From positions 1 to 28,864 of the forward strand of contig JAHLWR010000032.1 of NCBI GenBank assembly GCA_019057815.1: a DNA stretch of 28,864 nt, in the 5' to 3' direction. How positions within the stretch are numbered: position 1 is the stretch's first letter; every line of letters starts with the position of its first letter. Shown piece after piece: positions 1-9,470 of the stretch. A program made the position numbers and the translations under genes. The notes below the pieces were generated by a model. The model did not search any database, was not told the origin of the DNA, and saw only the letters and a program-made list of their open reading frames with translations. The stretch comes from Candidatus Heimdallarchaeota archaeon. GTDB lineage: Archaea > Asgardarchaeota > Heimdallarchaeia > Heimdallarchaeales > Heimdallarchaeaceae.

Positions 1-118
1 TCTTTTACTTCAGCGTCTTTCTTATCGGCGTCTTTCTTTTTAGAAACCTTCTTAGGCTTGTCTTCTTTTACTTCAGCGTCTTTCTTATCAGCGTCTTTCT
101 TTTTAGAAACCTTCTTAG
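1..118 (-). repeat. 63-nt period coding tandem repeat (21 aa, KPKKVSKKKDADKKDAEVKED) in the uS3 tail
   Basis: Bases 1-55 match bases 64-118 with one substitution; the array is cut by the window edge. Confidence 0.93.
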
Positions 119-950
119 TGAAAAGCTTCTTCTTAGGCTTACCTTCTTCTACTGTTATAATCGCTTCCTTCTTCGAGCTAATCGCATCCACTTCATCTAA
201 TTCTTTAAATTCGTCATCAGGTATTATTTTTGTTTCACTAATTTCATCAGTTATTTCAGGGAATTCTTCTAATTCGTCCAGTGTTTCCTCAGTTATTTCA
301 ATAGTTTCTTCTTCTTGTTCTCCTTCTGGTAGTACAACCATTGAGGTAGAAGTTGGTTCAGCAATTATTTCAATATCATCAGGAAGGATTGCATCACCAC
401 GCATAATTTCGACTTGAACACCAAGCAACCCTCTTCTTATTAGTGCTTGAGCTTTTCCAACATCAACATATTTGGAAGCTGGTTCACCACATTTAGCTAC
501 AAAACCTGCTCTAAATGTTTCAACTCTTGCTCTCTGACTTGTAATTTTCCCGCTAATTTTAATTTCCACGCCTTTAGCGCCTGTAGATACGATTCGCCTA
601 ATAATTCCATGAGCAGAACGACGAAAATGTCTACCTCTTTCTAATGAAGATGCAAGTCTATAAGCCATAATTCTGGCATCTGTTTCAGGATTTTCAACTT
701 CAGTAACTTCAATTTGTGGGTTATCTAACTGATATTTACCTTGTAATACTTCAGTAATTTTACGGATATTTTTTCCTCTTCCACCTATAGCTAGACCCAC
801 TCTTCCAACACGCAAAACAACTCTGTCTCCAAGAGGGGTTCTTCTCACTTCTACCCCCCCATATTCTGCATTTCGGAGAGTATCAGCTAAATATTCATCA
901 ATTTCATTTTTCTGATATTTTTTTAAGAGATAATCTTTTGTGGCAGGCAT
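1..950 (-). CDS. rps3: 30S ribosomal protein uS3 with long acidic then Lys/Asp-rich repetitive C-terminal extension; 3' end runs off the window
   Basis: Not in the ORF track. Manual translation from ATG at 950 gives MPATKDYLLKKYQKNEIDEYL...RRTPLGDRVVLRVGRVGLAIGGRGKNIRKIT (KH domain)...LERGRHFRR...GAKGVEIKISGKITSQRAR...GLLGVQVEIM. It lies 3 nt after the rpl22 stop and the frame stays open to the window edge. Confidence 0.97.
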   Translation of the reverse strand, partial: MPATKDYLLKKYQKNEIDEYLADTLRNAEYGGVEVRRTPLGDRVVLRVGRVGLAIGGRGKNIRKITEVLQGKYQLDNPQIEVTEVENPETDARIMAYRLASSLERGRHFRRSAHGIIRRIVSTGAKGVEIKISGKITSQRARVETFRAGFVAKCGEPASKYVDVGKAQALIRRGLLGVQVEIMRGDAILPDDIEIIAEPTSTSMVVLPEGEQEEETIEITEETLDELEEFPEITDEISETKIIPDDEFKELDEVDAISSKKEAIITVEEGKPKKKLFTKKVSKKKDADKKDAEVKEDKPKKVSKKKDADKKDAEVK

Positions 951-953
951 TTT

Positions 954-1418
954 TTATACCTCTTCTACTTCTGCGATTAATTCAATATGTACAAGTTGTC
1001 GAATTTTAGGAGAAGATCTACCATAAGCTCTGTAGAATATTCCTCTTTGTTTGACTCCTTGCAATGAGGCAGCATGAATAATAGTACATTTGTCCAGTTG
1101 AAGTTGATTTTTTTCCGCATTATTTTCAAGATTTCTTACGATTTTTAATATCGCCTTCGCAGCTTTTATGGGATAACGTCCTGGTTTCCATTTTATGAGC
1201 CCACGCTTGTGTCCAACATCTCTTTTATGTCTGCGATATGGAATCGCTTGTTTTTTTTCAATTACGTCCTCTAAATACTCTATACATTTGTGAACAGATT
1301 TACCTTTAATCGCTTTACAAATTTCACGTGCAGCTTTTGGGCTAACATCTAAATTTCGCCCTGAGGATTTTGCTGACCTATCAGGATCGGTTTGAATTGA
1401 ATATCGGTAATTTGGCAA
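954..1418 (-). CDS. rpl22: 50S ribosomal protein uL22 (archaeal type)
   Basis: Motifs SPKAAREICKAIKG, AIPYRRH, GRYPIKAA, RAYGRSSP and HIELI. The probable start is TTG at 1418 (MPNYRYS, preceded by AGGAG), not the track start at 1460. Confidence 0.96.
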   Translation of the reverse strand: MPNYRYSIQTDPDRSAKSSGRNLDVSPKAAREICKAIKGKSVHKCIEYLEDVIEKKQAIPYRRHKRDVGHKRGLIKWKPGRYPIKAAKAILKIVRNLENNAEKNQLQLDKCTIIHAASLQGVKQRGIFYRAYGRSSPKIRQLVHIELIAEVEEV

Positions 1419-1505
1419 TCTTGATTCTCCTTTACACTTGATACTTTTAGCTATCTTCACTAACTACATTAGCGGGAATGGGTATAACTTTTAAGGTTTA
1501 TTAAC

Positions 1506-1525
1506 GACTACAATTTTTTGTAGTC
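1506..1525. promoter_or_regulatory. Perfect inverted repeat GACTACAA-tttt-TTGTAGTC upstream of the rpl22-rps3 unit; candidate operator or hairpin
   Basis: 8-bp arms with a 4-nt spacer, seen directly. It lies just upstream of an AT-rich TATA-like run at about 1488-1494 on the minus strand. Function is inferred. Confidence 0.4.
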
Positions 1526-1636
1526 TATTGCAAGCTATTCGTTTTATGTTCCTTTAAAACGCTTTTCTTTCTTGAGCATAAAATTAACTAAGACTCCCTC
1601 TGAGAGAATTAATAGAAGAATAAAGGAGAATTGTGA

Positions 1637-4114
1637 TTAAAGGGCTAATAGAATATAATCATTCTCTAATCCAACTTTATCTGCTATATTTTCCATCGAT
1701 TTGGGAACATCAATTATCTCGTTTATTCCGTGCATTGAAGCCAAATCTTCAGAGAAAAGTTTTAACTTGGGAGGAAGATATGCTTTTGAAATTGGGGTGT
1801 TTAAAGGCAGTTTTTTGTCTTTTTTATACTTCCAAATAGCTGAATTGACATCGAGTAACAAAGTGGTTAATTCTGTTAGTTTCTTTTCTTTACTTATTTT
1901 CTCGGGTCTTGGAAATGATTCTAAGTGTACACTCTTTTCAAATATACCTCTATATATTATATCAGTTACAAAAGGGATTAATGGTGCGAATGAGCGAGCT
2001 AAAGCATTAAGAACGGTGTGCAATGTGTACCATGCTGCTTTTTGCTCCTTATCGGTGAATGAATTATTACGATTATAAGCTCTTCCTTTAACTAATTCAA
2101 TATAATGAGAAGCAAATATCTCCCAAGTAAACGATCTCAATATTCTAGCAGGTATATGAAAGTCAAAGATTTCATATCCTTTAATCGTTTCTTCTACAGT
2201 TTTGGCTAATTCTGCTAGAATCCATTTATCTGCAAGTTGCAAATTTACTTCTTTTTCATTATCTATTATGGGAAAGAAACTGATGAATTTGGCGATGTTG
2301 TAAATTTTGTTTATAAATTTTGATATTCCTTGTAATCTTTGTTCATGGAATCGTATATCTGAGCCATGGCTAGCCTCTGATGCGCCAAATAATCTTAAGG
2401 CGTCACCGCCATATTTTTCTATCATTAACTCTGGCTGAATAATGTTTCCTCGACTTTTCGACATTTTTTCGCCTTTTCTATCTACTACATGTCCTGATAT
2501 CCATACTTCATTAAAAGCAGGTTTTTTATGAAGTTGTAACCCTCTCAGCATTGTGTAGTGTAACCAAGTTCTCACGATATCCTTTCCTTGAGGACGTATA
2601 TCGCAGATATAATTTCGATTTAGCAATTTTTCAAATAGTTGCTCATTACTTCTATTGAGAGGGTATTTTTGAATATAAATTTCAGAGATAGATGAATCCA
2701 TCCAAGTATCAAAAGTGCGCGTATCACCCTCAAAACCTTCAGAACTACCACAATTCTCGCATTTGTCAAAAGGAGGATCGGTGTACCATGGTTGATAATA
2801 ATTACCTGGTTCAGGAAGACAAGCATGATTACATTTTAAGCAATACCAAATAGGTACCTCTGTTCCATAGTATCTTCTTCGACTAATTGGCCAATCGATT
2901 GAGACATTTTTTAACCAGTCTAACCACACTTGCTCCATAAATGGTGGATAAAATTGCATTTGACCAGCATATTCACGTAATTTCTCTATGTAATCAACTT
3001 GTTTAAGATAATACTCGGGCATAGCAAGATATTCTACTTCGTTTTGACAACGTGAACATGTTGGATAATTATGTGGTACATCTTCTTTATCTACAACAAA
3101 ACCGTTCTCTTCCAATTCCTTAATTATATCTTTTCTGGCTTGTTTAACCTTTATACCCGCATATTTTGGAAGAGCATCAGTGATTTTACCATCTGTGCCA
3201 ATTACAGGTCTTGGAGTTAGTTTTAGTTCTCTAAATATTTGCACATCAACAATATCACCATATGCACATATCATTAATGCGCCAGAACCAAAATCCATCT
3301 TTGCAAAATGGTGTGCTTGAATAGGGACTTCAACTTCAAAAATAGGCGTTACAGCTGTTAAACCTTCTAAATGCTTGTATCTATCATCATGTGAATTATA
3401 AATTACTGTACCAGTAGCTGGAATAAGCTCAGGTCTAGATGTAGCTATTATTAGATCTTCACCAGTTTCCTTTACTTTGAACTTAATGCTATAGAGTGTG
3501 TGAGTTCCAGTTTTATAATCAATTTCATTATCAGCAATCGTTGTCTTGCAACGAGTGCAATAATTATTTGGGCGATCATCCTCATAAACTAAACCTTCTC
3601 TGAACAGCTTAATAAATGTGGATTGAGTAAGAGCTCTATATTGTGGATGATCTGTTTTGTAAATTTCTTCCCATTCAAAAGAATTGTTACTAAAACCAAG
3701 AATCTTGCAAACGTGTAAAATCTTGCCACCAACACGATCAAGTATAAATTTACATTTTTGAAGAAATTCTTCTCGAGGAATATCGTGCATGGAAATTTTA
3801 AATTCCTTCTCAGTCTGCACTTCAATAGGAAGTCCATTTCTATCGAGACACATCGGAAAAAGCACTTCAAAGCCACTCATTCGCTTATAGCGTGCTATCA
3901 TATCAATTCCACTATAATGAATTGCGCCCCCCATATGCCAAGGAGCATTAGCATAAGGAGGAGGAGTATCTATACTATAGATTGTTTTACCAGAGTTCTC
4001 ATTGAAAGAGTATAATTTTTCTTCTTGCCATTTGTTGAATAATTGAATATCCTTAATCTTTGGATCATATGTTCTTTCAGTAAGTTTTGGGACGAAATTA
4101 TTCACAGTTGACAC
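1637..4114 (-). CDS. valS: Valine--tRNA ligase (archaeal type)
   Basis: Motifs DTPPPY..WHMGG (HIGH variant), DRNGLPIE, IATSRPE, GSGALMIC (editing domain), DWPISRRRYYG, FDTWMDSS, PQGKDIVRTW and KMSKSRGN. Confidence 0.97.
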   Translation of the reverse strand: MSTVNNFVPKLTERTYDPKIKDIQLFNKWQEEKLYSFNENSGKTIYSIDTPPPYANAPWHMGGAIHYSGIDMIARYKRMSGFEVLFPMCLDRNGLPIEVQTEKEFKISMHDIPREEFLQKCKFILDRVGGKILHVCKILGFSNNSFEWEEIYKTDHPQYRALTQSTFIKLFREGLVYEDDRPNNYCTRCKTTIADNEIDYKTGTHTLYSIKFKVKETGEDLIIATSRPELIPATGTVIYNSHDDRYKHLEGLTAVTPIFEVEVPIQAHHFAKMDFGSGALMICAYGDIVDVQIFRELKLTPRPVIGTDGKITDALPKYAGIKVKQARKDIIKELEENGFVVDKEDVPHNYPTCSRCQNEVEYLAMPEYYLKQVDYIEKLREYAGQMQFYPPFMEQVWLDWLKNVSIDWPISRRRYYGTEVPIWYCLKCNHACLPEPGNYYQPWYTDPPFDKCENCGSSEGFEGDTRTFDTWMDSSISEIYIQKYPLNRSNEQLFEKLLNRNYICDIRPQGKDIVRTWLHYTMLRGLQLHKKPAFNEVWISGHVVDRKGEKMSKSRGNIIQPELMIEKYGGDALRLFGASEASHGSDIRFHEQRLQGISKFINKIYNIAKFISFFPIIDNEKEVNLQLADKWILAELAKTVEETIKGYEIFDFHIPARILRSFTWEIFASHYIELVKGRAYNRNNSFTDKEQKAAWYTLHTVLNALARSFAPLIPFVTDIIYRGIFEKSVHLESFPRPEKISKEKKLTELTTLLLDVNSAIWKYKKDKKLPLNTPISKAYLPPKLKLFSEDLASMHGINEIIDVPKSMENIADKVGLENDYILLAL

Positions 4115-4279
4115 CTTTTTGTATTTGTGATTTGTTTTACTTTAAAAATTGAGTGATTATACACCCAATCAGCATATTCTATAATTAAGCGAAACAGCTT
4201 ACCATTTTAAAAACGTGGTTAACTTATTCTAGCTTGGAGGAAGAAAAACTCTGTTTTCCAAGTAGTCTCTATTCTATAT

Positions 4280-5731
4280 CTAATAAAGGGCATTTTTGTC
4301 TCTAGGTCCTCTCAAATAGGAAATTGCTGCAGCTAAAAGAATCATAACCACAAATACCCAAAACACTACTTTCAAACTAGGAATATAATTTACTACATCC
4401 ATTAATTCTCCTCCATTGTTTTTTTGGAAAAGAATGAGACTTACGGATAATACAGCTGTAGATAGGGCTGTTCCCAAAGTGAAACCTACTTGAGCTGAAA
4501 TATTCAACAACCCACTAGCTACACCCAACTTTTCTTTGGGAGCTGATGTCATTACAGAGTTTGAATTGGGTGAAATGAAAGCACCTAAAGATGCTCCAAT
4601 AATTACGGAAATTAAGTAAAATATCCACATAGGTAACTCGGGTTTTAACACAATACTAAAGAATCCTAAGGCAATAGCGATGCCTAACAATCCAACAGTA
4701 GCAATAATACGTGCATCGATTTTATTTGAGAGTTTACCAGAAATTGGTCCAACAACTGCCATTGCTAGTGGAGCACCTAAGATGACTAAACCGGTTTCAG
4801 TAGCTGTTAAATTCATTCCATCCTTAAATTGTAGATAAAATGGAAGCTGGAACAAAAGAACGTTTAATCCAACATACGCTAAAACAGATACAAGTATTCC
4901 ATAAGCATATTTCCTATTTTTGAACATTTTAAAATCAATAGCAGGATTTTCCACTCTTTTCTCCCACCATACAAATACAATAAACGCAGGAAGTGCAACA
5001 CTTAAAGCTATAAAGCCCCACATTATGTTGTTACGCAGTTTTGTTTCAACAAAGAAGGTTAAACTGCCAATACTTGAAAACATAAACAATACAAATGAAA
5101 TAGAGCCCAAAACGTCACCTTTCTTATCATATGATGATGGTGGTGTAGATGGGATAGCCAATTGAACCCAAATAAGCCCTAAGATACCTAAGGGTACATT
5201 GATGAGAAAAATACTAGGCCAGCCCCATTTATCAGTTAACAAACCACCTATAATTGGGCCTAGAGTTATTCCTAGAGCAACAATTAATGTATTAAGACCT
5301 ATTGCTGTACCTCGATTTTCTGTTGTTGTAAATTTAGTTATAAGTGCCGTACAATTAGCTAGAGTGGCAGCTGCTCCTAAGGCTTGGAGTGTTCTTGATA
5401 GAATAAGGAAAAGCAAAGTATCTGACAAAGAACACAATAATGAACCAATAGAGAATATAAATAAACCAATTTGGAAAACACGTTTATTACCGAACCTGTC
5501 ACCAAAATCCCCGAAAATAGTGGTAAAAGCTATCAATGTAAGCAAGTAAGTTAAAATAACCCATTGAACAAGATGCATCTCAACTCCCAACTTTTCCTTA
5601 ATTACAGGTAAACTGATGGTTGTAATAGTTGCATCAACTGATGACATAAATGTTCCAATGCCAGTAGCACTAATTAAAGTAACTATCCTGAGGGTTGTCT
5701 TGGGTTCTTTTTCAAGGCTTATTGGAATCAC
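4280..5731 (-). CDS. MFS transporter, DHA2 (EmrB/QacA-like, about 14 TMS) efflux family
   Basis: Motifs FMSSVDATITTISLP, GDFGDRFGNKR (motif A), RTLQALG, LGPIIGGLL and WPSIFLINVPLG; many hydrophobic helices. Confidence 0.93.
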   Translation of the reverse strand: MIPISLEKEPKTTLRIVTLISATGIGTFMSSVDATITTISLPVIKEKLGVEMHLVQWVILTYLLTLIAFTTIFGDFGDRFGNKRVFQIGLFIFSIGSLLCSLSDTLLFLILSRTLQALGAAATLANCTALITKFTTTENRGTAIGLNTLIVALGITLGPIIGGLLTDKWGWPSIFLINVPLGILGLIWVQLAIPSTPPSSYDKKGDVLGSISFVLFMFSSIGSLTFFVETKLRNNIMWGFIALSVALPAFIVFVWWEKRVENPAIDFKMFKNRKYAYGILVSVLAYVGLNVLLFQLPFYLQFKDGMNLTATETGLVILGAPLAMAVVGPISGKLSNKIDARIIATVGLLGIAIALGFFSIVLKPELPMWIFYLISVIIGASLGAFISPNSNSVMTSAPKEKLGVASGLLNISAQVGFTLGTALSTAVLSVSLILFQKNNGGELMDVVNYIPSLKVVFWVFVVMILLAAAISYLRGPRDKNALY

Positions 5732-5851
5732 ACACGTTGTTATTAATATTTCTTTGAGTAGATGATTCTTTTTTAAAATTTTCTGAAAAAAAAATGTAAT
5801 TTAAAAGCTTATAGAAAGAGAAATTCTATTAAATCAACACTAAGATTGCTT

Positions 5852-6418
5852 TCATATTCCATTTTGGAACTCAGTGTATAAAATGTCCATTTCTATTATG
5901 TCATAATATTTTCCTTCGAAAAAGGCTGCTTCACGTTTCTTACCAACTTTCTTAAAGCCAACCTTTTCATATACATGAATACCTCTCTCATTATATTCAT
6001 AAACCCAGAGTTCTATTCGGTGGAGATTAAGTACCAAAAAACCAAATTTAATAAGACACAACATCGTATCTGTTCCATAGCCCTGATTGTGATTAGCCGG
6101 GTTATGAATGCCAATCCCAAGAGTAGCAGATCTGTTAACCCAATTAATATCCTCAAGACCACAAGTGCCTAGAAATTCTTTTGTTTTCTTGTTTTCTATT
6201 ACAAAATGATAGCCTTTTTGTGATTTAGCCATATTATGTACATAATTAACCCAATCTTCTTCCATTTTAGTGCTCATGGGAATGGTATTACCCAAATACT
6301 TACGTGAGTCGTAATCATTCCAGTGTTTCATTATAGCATTAACATCTTCCATCTCTACCGTTCGCAAACGAACTTTTGTCCCAACATAAGGTTCTCCTTT
6401 AAAGGTAATACTAACCAT
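5852..6418 (-). CDS. GNAT N-acetyltransferase, RimJ/RimL/SpeG-like
   Basis: Motifs VRLRTVEMED, HNQGYGT (acetyl-CoA loop), GFLVLNLHRI and NERGIHVYEKVGF. ATG at 6418 is preferred over TTG at 6427. Confidence 0.9.
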   Translation of the reverse strand: MVSITFKGEPYVGTKVRLRTVEMEDVNAIMKHWNDYDSRKYLGNTIPMSTKMEEDWVNYVHNMAKSQKGYHFVIENKKTKEFLGTCGLEDINWVNRSATLGIGIHNPANHNQGYGTDTMLCLIKFGFLVLNLHRIELWVYEYNERGIHVYEKVGFKKVGKKREAAFFEGKYYDIIEMDILYTEFQNGI

Positions 6419-6538
6419 AATTAACAACAGTGAGAGTCATTATAATTATTTTTGTAGACATGTTATTTTATATATCCAATTCTAAGATAGAATAATAGAT
6501 AATTAGTAGAAACCACACTTTGTATTGGATGAATTTTT

Positions 6539-8929
6539 ATGGAAAATGCAGAATATATCAACCATCCCCTCATTAAACCGGATAAAATTGAAGCAAGACT
6601 CTATCAGCAAACGCTTTTCGCTTCTTGTGCAAATAAGAATTCTTTAGTGGTATTACCTACAGGTCTTGGTAAAACAATACTCTTTATCATGGTTGCAGCA
6701 CATAGATTACAAAAATTTCCAGAATGCAAAATCATTTTCTGTGCACCAACTAAGCCACTATTAGATCAACATTTGCGAACAACTAAAGATTTGATGGAAA
6801 TTGAGGATAAGCAAATTATACTATTATCAGGAGCGATTGATCCGTTAAAAAGAGAAAATATTTGGAAACTTGGAAAGATTTTCATCTGCACTCCTCAAAC
6901 ATTACAAAATGACATCATACAAAAAAGAGTTAATCTTGATGATGTGGTTTTACTTTGTTTAGATGAAGCACACAAATCTGTTGGAGATCACAGTTATGTT
7001 TTCATCGCTGAACAATACCACAAGAAAGCAAAAAACCCCCTATTACTAGGAATAACAGCTAGTCCTGGTTCGGATAGCGAAAGAATCCAAGAACTACAAG
7101 ACAATTTAGGTATTACAAATATTGAGATAAGAGACGAAACTTCAGATGATGTTCGACAGTATATTCATGAAATTGAAGAGGTTTGGGAAAAAGTTGCTTT
7201 GCCTGAAGAATTTGGAATAATACTAAACACATTTGATGATCTATTTCGGAAAATTCTAGAAGAACTAAAAGAGATGAAGATTATAAAATCTGCTAACCCC
7301 CGAAACAATCCAAGACGCGAGTTGCTTAAATTAAGGCAAAAAGTGAATGAGAAATATAGCCAAACAATGGAGGAGGATAGAGGAGATTTCTTTAAAGCGA
7401 TGGGACTCGTGGGAAATTCAATACGTCTATCACATGCCATTGAACTCATCGAAACTCAAGGTGTTCCATCTTTAGGTAAGTATTTAGAAAGACAAATCAA
7501 TGAGATAAGAATGGGTAAAGGGAGTCGAGCTTTGAAGAATTTAATGCTTTCTGAAGAGATAATCACAGTTGTTGAATCGGTTAAACAATTACAAGAACAG
7601 AAGATAATTCACCCAAAATTACAACGTTTGAAAGAAATTATAGCTGAAAACGTTGAAAATAATCCTTTCAATAGAATATTAGTGTTCGCTCATTTCAGGT
7701 CTGCGGTGAAAGCTATTAACGAGGAGCTTAATAAAATACAAGGAGTTAGCTCCCACTGGTTTGTTGGTCAATCTTCTATGCGTGACGATAAAGGATTGTC
7801 ACAAAAAGATCAAATAGAGATAATGCAATCTTTTCGTGATGGTTCATATAATATTCTAGTTTCAACAAGTGTTGCAGAGGAAGGTTTGGATATAGGGGAA
7901 TGTGATTTGGTTATTTTTTATGATTCAGTACCTAGTGCCATACGACTTATTCAAAGGAAAGGCAGGACAGGAAGAAGAAGGAAGGGGAGAGTCATAATGC
8001 TTATTGCTGAGGGTACACGTGATGAAGGATATATGTGGGCTGCAAAAAAACGCACACAGAAAATGAGGAGATTAGTAAAAGAGTATGATATATTAGAAAA
8101 AAATCGTTCAGTATCAGCAAAAGATAAACAAAAGGGACTATTAGAATATCTTAAGGAAGGGAAGAAAGAGGAAATCAAGGAAAAAACCAAACCAGAAATA
8201 TCAGATGAAGGTAAAATATCTGTAATTTGTGATATTAGGGAAAGAAATACTACTATTATTAAAGAATTAATGAAAAAAGAAGTAAACTTGGGGTTTGAAA
8301 GACTGGATGTTGGAGATTACATATGTTCAGATCAAGTAATCATTGAGCGAAAAGAGGTAAATGATTTGGTCAAATCAATTATTGATAAAAGACTGTTTAC
8401 ACAAGCTAAAGTCCTTACAGAAAGTTGTTCTAAATCTCTCATTATTATTGAGGGAGACCTTGACTTGCATAAAACCTCATTACATCCGAATGCCCTTACT
8501 GGAGCACTATCCTCTCTTGTGACAGACTTCCGTATTCCTCTAATTTACACAAAAAATCAGAAAGAAACAGCTGAAATGATATTAGCGATTGCAAAAAGAG
8601 AACAGCTGGAAAGGAAAAGAAGGGTTTCTGTTGGTAAAAGAAAAGGATTAGGAATGAAAATACAAATGGAAGAATCTATTGCTTCGTTGCCACACGTCGA
8701 CCATAAAATTGCTACAAGGTTACTGAAACACTTTGGTTCAATTAGAAATGTTTTTACCGCGAAGCTCGAGGATTATTTAGTAATAAGGGGAATAGGAGAA
8801 AAAATTGCTATAGATATAATCGATTATCTTTATGCTAACTATAATGAGGTTGAAACAGGAGAAATTGAAGAAGCACTTGATGAACTCGAATGGTTGAAGA
8901 AAGAGAAAGAAAAAAAGACTAAGAATTGA
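6539..8929 (+). CDS. hef: Hef: FANCM-like SF2 DEAH helicase fused to ERCC4 nuclease and HhH
   Basis: Motifs RLYQ, LPTGLGKT, DEAH, TASPG, STSVAEEGLDI and QRKGRTGR; nuclease motif GDY...ERKEVNDL; C-terminal HhH (RGIGEK). Confidence 0.96.
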   Translation: MENAEYINHPLIKPDKIEARLYQQTLFASCANKNSLVVLPTGLGKTILFIMVAAHRLQKFPECKIIFCAPTKPLLDQHLRTTKDLMEIEDKQIILLSGAIDPLKRENIWKLGKIFICTPQTLQNDIIQKRVNLDDVVLLCLDEAHKSVGDHSYVFIAEQYHKKAKNPLLLGITASPGSDSERIQELQDNLGITNIEIRDETSDDVRQYIHEIEEVWEKVALPEEFGIILNTFDDLFRKILEELKEMKIIKSANPRNNPRRELLKLRQKVNEKYSQTMEEDRGDFFKAMGLVGNSIRLSHAIELIETQGVPSLGKYLERQINEIRMGKGSRALKNLMLSEEIITVVESVKQLQEQKIIHPKLQRLKEIIAENVENNPFNRILVFAHFRSAVKAINEELNKIQGVSSHWFVGQSSMRDDKGLSQKDQIEIMQSFRDGSYNILVSTSVAEEGLDIGECDLVIFYDSVPSAIRLIQRKGRTGRRRKGRVIMLIAEGTRDEGYMWAAKKRTQKMRRLVKEYDILEKNRSVSAKDKQKGLLEYLKEGKKEEIKEKTKPEISDEGKISVICDIRERNTTIIKELMKKEVNLGFERLDVGDYICSDQVIIERKEVNDLVKSIIDKRLFTQAKVLTESCSKSLIIIEGDLDLHKTSLHPNALTGALSSLVTDFRIPLIYTKNQKETAEMILAIAKREQLERKRRVSVGKRKGLGMKIQMEESIASLPHVDHKIATRLLKHFGSIRNVFTAKLEDYLVIRGIGEKIAIDIIDYLYANYNEVETGEIEEALDELEWLKKEKEKKTKN

Positions 8930-9362
8930 GAGTTTGAAGAGATTCTATTATAGACCGAATGCTTGAAGATAATTGTGAAATTTCATCAGGACTACTTGTT
9001 TCCTTTAGTTTATTGTTCAATTCAGAAAGTTTAACTAATAAAATAGAAGCTGTTTCTAAAAGCTCAGGAGGAAGGTTGGAAAAATCATAAGAAAAAGGGA
9101 TTTTCTGCGTTTTTATATAAGATGAATCTGTCTGAGGAAGAGCAGAGGATGAAGCTGTAGGAGAACTTGATTTTGGTATTTCTTGCTCAGTATCAACTAA
9201 AATTAAATGCTTCTTACATTTCACGCACAGAGTTTTGCCTTGAAGCTTGTATAAAGGAGAAAAACAATCAGGGCAGGCTTTATTAAGCATAACCCCACCT
9301 TTTAGCAATATCTCAGCACCTGCTCGAATAACTTCATCATTTGTAATGGATGGGTTTGACAT
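8919..9362 (-). CDS. Zn-ribbon protein, autoantigen p27/SSSCA1 (UPF0148)-like
   Basis: GAEILLKGGVMLNKACPDCFSPLY...CVKC, followed by a Ser/Pro linker and a C-terminal helical hairpin. Overlaps the hef 3' end by 11 nt. Confidence 0.85.
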   Translation of the reverse strand: MSNPSITNDEVIRAGAEILLKGGVMLNKACPDCFSPLYKLQGKTLCVKCKKHLILVDTEQEIPKSSSPTASSSALPQTDSSYIKTQKIPFSYDFSNLPPELLETASILLVKLSELNNKLKETSSPDEISQLSSSIRSIIESLQTLNS

Positions 9363-9402
9363 AAATTATAATGAATGTTTTAATATAAAATTTTAACTGA
9401 AC

Positions 9403-9444
9403 ATAGCATAAATCCCCGCCTTTTAGGTGGAGGAGGAAGGCTAT
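9403..9444. mobile_element. Isolated GC-rich hairpin resembling an IS200/IS605-type element end (remnant)
   Basis: ATAGC-ataaa-TCCCCGCCT-ttt-AGGTGGAGGA-ggaag-GCTAT is an imperfect hairpin in AT-rich DNA. It resembles the aatccccgcctttaggcgggg-type ends of IS200/IS605 elements. No transposase is nearby. Confidence 0.4.
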
Positions 9445-9470
9445 ATATAAATTGCATTGAAAATAAGTTT

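Noticed and set aside
58-644. Plus-strand ORFs 58-417 (Ser-rich) and 447-644
   Set aside because: Antisense shadows of rps3; the Ser/Phe richness mirrors Glu/Lys codons on the coding strand.
3920-3975. ValRS HIGH motif reads HMGG
   Set aside because: Degenerate HIGH motifs occur in a known subset of archaeal ValRS, and the rest of the enzyme is intact.
1633-8190. Short ORFs nested in or antisense to valS, the MFS gene, the GNAT gene and hef
   Set aside because: They overlap well-supported genes almost entirely and have no recognisable motifs.
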